A DNA stretch of 64,000 nucleotides from Massalongia carnosa (Eukaryota): positions 620,001 to 684,000 of the forward strand of contig OZ287077.1 in assembly GCA_965645245.1 (NCBI GenBank). Direction: 5' to 3'. Every line of letters starts with the position of its first letter. The first letter of the stretch is position 1. This document shows positions 62,379 to 64,000 of this stretch, piece by piece. The notes beneath the pieces were generated by a model, which was given only the letters and a program-made list of their open reading frames with translations, was not told the DNA's origin and searched no databases. The translations under genes and the position numbers were made by a program.

Positions 62379-64000
62379 TGTTAGTAATATTAGCTTGTCT
62401 TGTTTGAACATATAAACTAAGAGGGAACTTAGTTTTCAACACTTAGGAATTTCCAGGGGGTTGGGCAAGTAGCTTAGCAGCACAGCAATTTCTTTTCTCC
62501 GATGGCTTGCGCTTGTCAAGTGATCCACCAGACTCTAGGGTGTTCATAGTGTGATTTCTAGCTGATCTGGGACTTATAAGTTTCAATGTCTTGATTATCT
62601 TGTATCTTTCCAATATTTTTTAGGTAGTTTACCCGTATGCCATCAACACTCCCCTTTTTCCTTGAATATGGAAACTCTGTCTTCTGCCTCTTCATTCCTC
62701 TTATTATATTTTTACTCTTACTTAGCTTTAACTCTTGCTTGTAGCTCGTGGGGTTGGAAGGGAGAAAGTTAACGGATATAGGAAAGGGGGAAGGGGCACT
62801 TAGAAAATACGGAGGCAGAGAATCATGAGAGCCAGGAGGAAAGAGAGGCGCGATACAGTGGACTGGTAGAAAAAAATTCGAACAGATTTCAAGATCAAAT
62901 TAGAAGGGGAATAGGGTAAGAATTACTTAATAACTTCCGAGAGCATTTGGTTTTCGCTGTAAGGTCCTGCAAACCCATACCCCTTAAATCCTAATCCCTT
63001 ATTCTCATTAATCCTATCTTACCCTCTGAGACTTCTTCAAGTCTTTAGTTCTAGTTACGTCTCTTGACTTTAATATCTATATTCATGTTTCTCTATCTCT
63101 TATTTCATCTTCTGATTCACCTCTCTTCGGCGCGATACTACGAAAAGGATAGATATTCGGGTAGATAGAGAGATCGACAGAGAGGGAGGAATGGAGGGAG
63201 GGAAGGGGATGAAATGCAATTTAGGAAAGAAAATAGACAGATCCTCGAATTATGAGCAGAATGTGATATCAACAATTTGGGGGGGGGGAGTAATAAACCA
63301 AGGCTTGAAGGGGGTTGAGAGTAATATAGGAACCTGAAGACAGCCAAAGGCCAATGAAGGCCAATGATAGGGCTGTCTATACTTATAGCTAGTTATACTG
63401 CAAAGTTTTTATGTGCCGAGAAAGGGAATGACCTACCGAACTAGGCTCTGATTCAGCGAACAGACTAAGTAGCAAGGAGGAAAATAAGACATTGAACGAT
63501 TTGGATTACTGCTTGTTTGCGCTAGTGCCTCCGCGAAGGGCAAGGTAATAAGCCGTTCGCTGGTTTTCTTCAACCGAGTGAGTATCTAATCCAAGATATT
63601 GTTAAGCACCGTGTAGCTGGGTAGCTAACCGTAGAATTTTAATACTAGCAAAGCGTTAGGTCCCTGCTACGGAGTTGTCCTTTCTAGGAAGTATATCGTC
63701 TACTAGCTGTCCTTATGAACTGGCCTAGCTGGCTACCGGGGCACCTTAGGTGGTCTGACGTATGTAACCGTTGGTTTCTTGAAACTACAGATCTTTTTCG
63801 CTGTTGTCGAACAGATTATACTCGATCTTCGCCATCCCTCTGGAATTCAAGTTCTGTATAACGCTACTTCTTGCCATGCGATTCCCTGCTACATCAGGTG
63901 CGAGATGGCTCGGCCACTGCTACACCTCAATTATGTATACGCGCTCCTGACCGACGCCGTTGATGCGATACTTCCTCTCATCTCAGTATAGATCAAACTG

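Noticed and set aside
62900..64000. TA-rich, stop-riddled coding-like sequence at the right edge (possible old TE or pseudogene)
   Set aside because: Too degenerate and truncated by the window to identify.

Overview
Eukaryotic, intron-containing DNA, most likely from a filamentous ascomycete (GT-AG introns with CTRAC-type branch sites, fungal-type housekeeping genes). Recognisable genes: LYS1, an NmrA-like protein, a UFD1-domain/zinc-finger protein, YIP1, a homeobox transcription factor, THOC1/HPR1, Aquarius helicase, TFB2, TOF1 and a 3-hydroxybutyryl-CoA dehydrogenase. Three transposons are present. (1) A Tad-like LINE whose ~1088-codon ORF2 runs off the left edge and is absent from the ORF track. 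(2) A complete pogo/CENP-B-type DNA transposon with TIRs and a TA TSD. (3) A Ty1/copia element with a CAAAC TSD and LTRs identical except for one 3-bp indel, but with a badly decayed gag-pol. The most unusual structure is a 19-unit tandem array of 50/51-bp hairpin-forming repeats in the 5' leader of this copia element. The array is CRISPR-like in appearance but has no spacers, and some units are complementary to the element's own PPT region. I also assembled a three-exon, 69-aa secreted 8-Cys defensin-like peptide that the ORF track misses, and found several decayed accessory genes. All calls were made by eye, without database searches.
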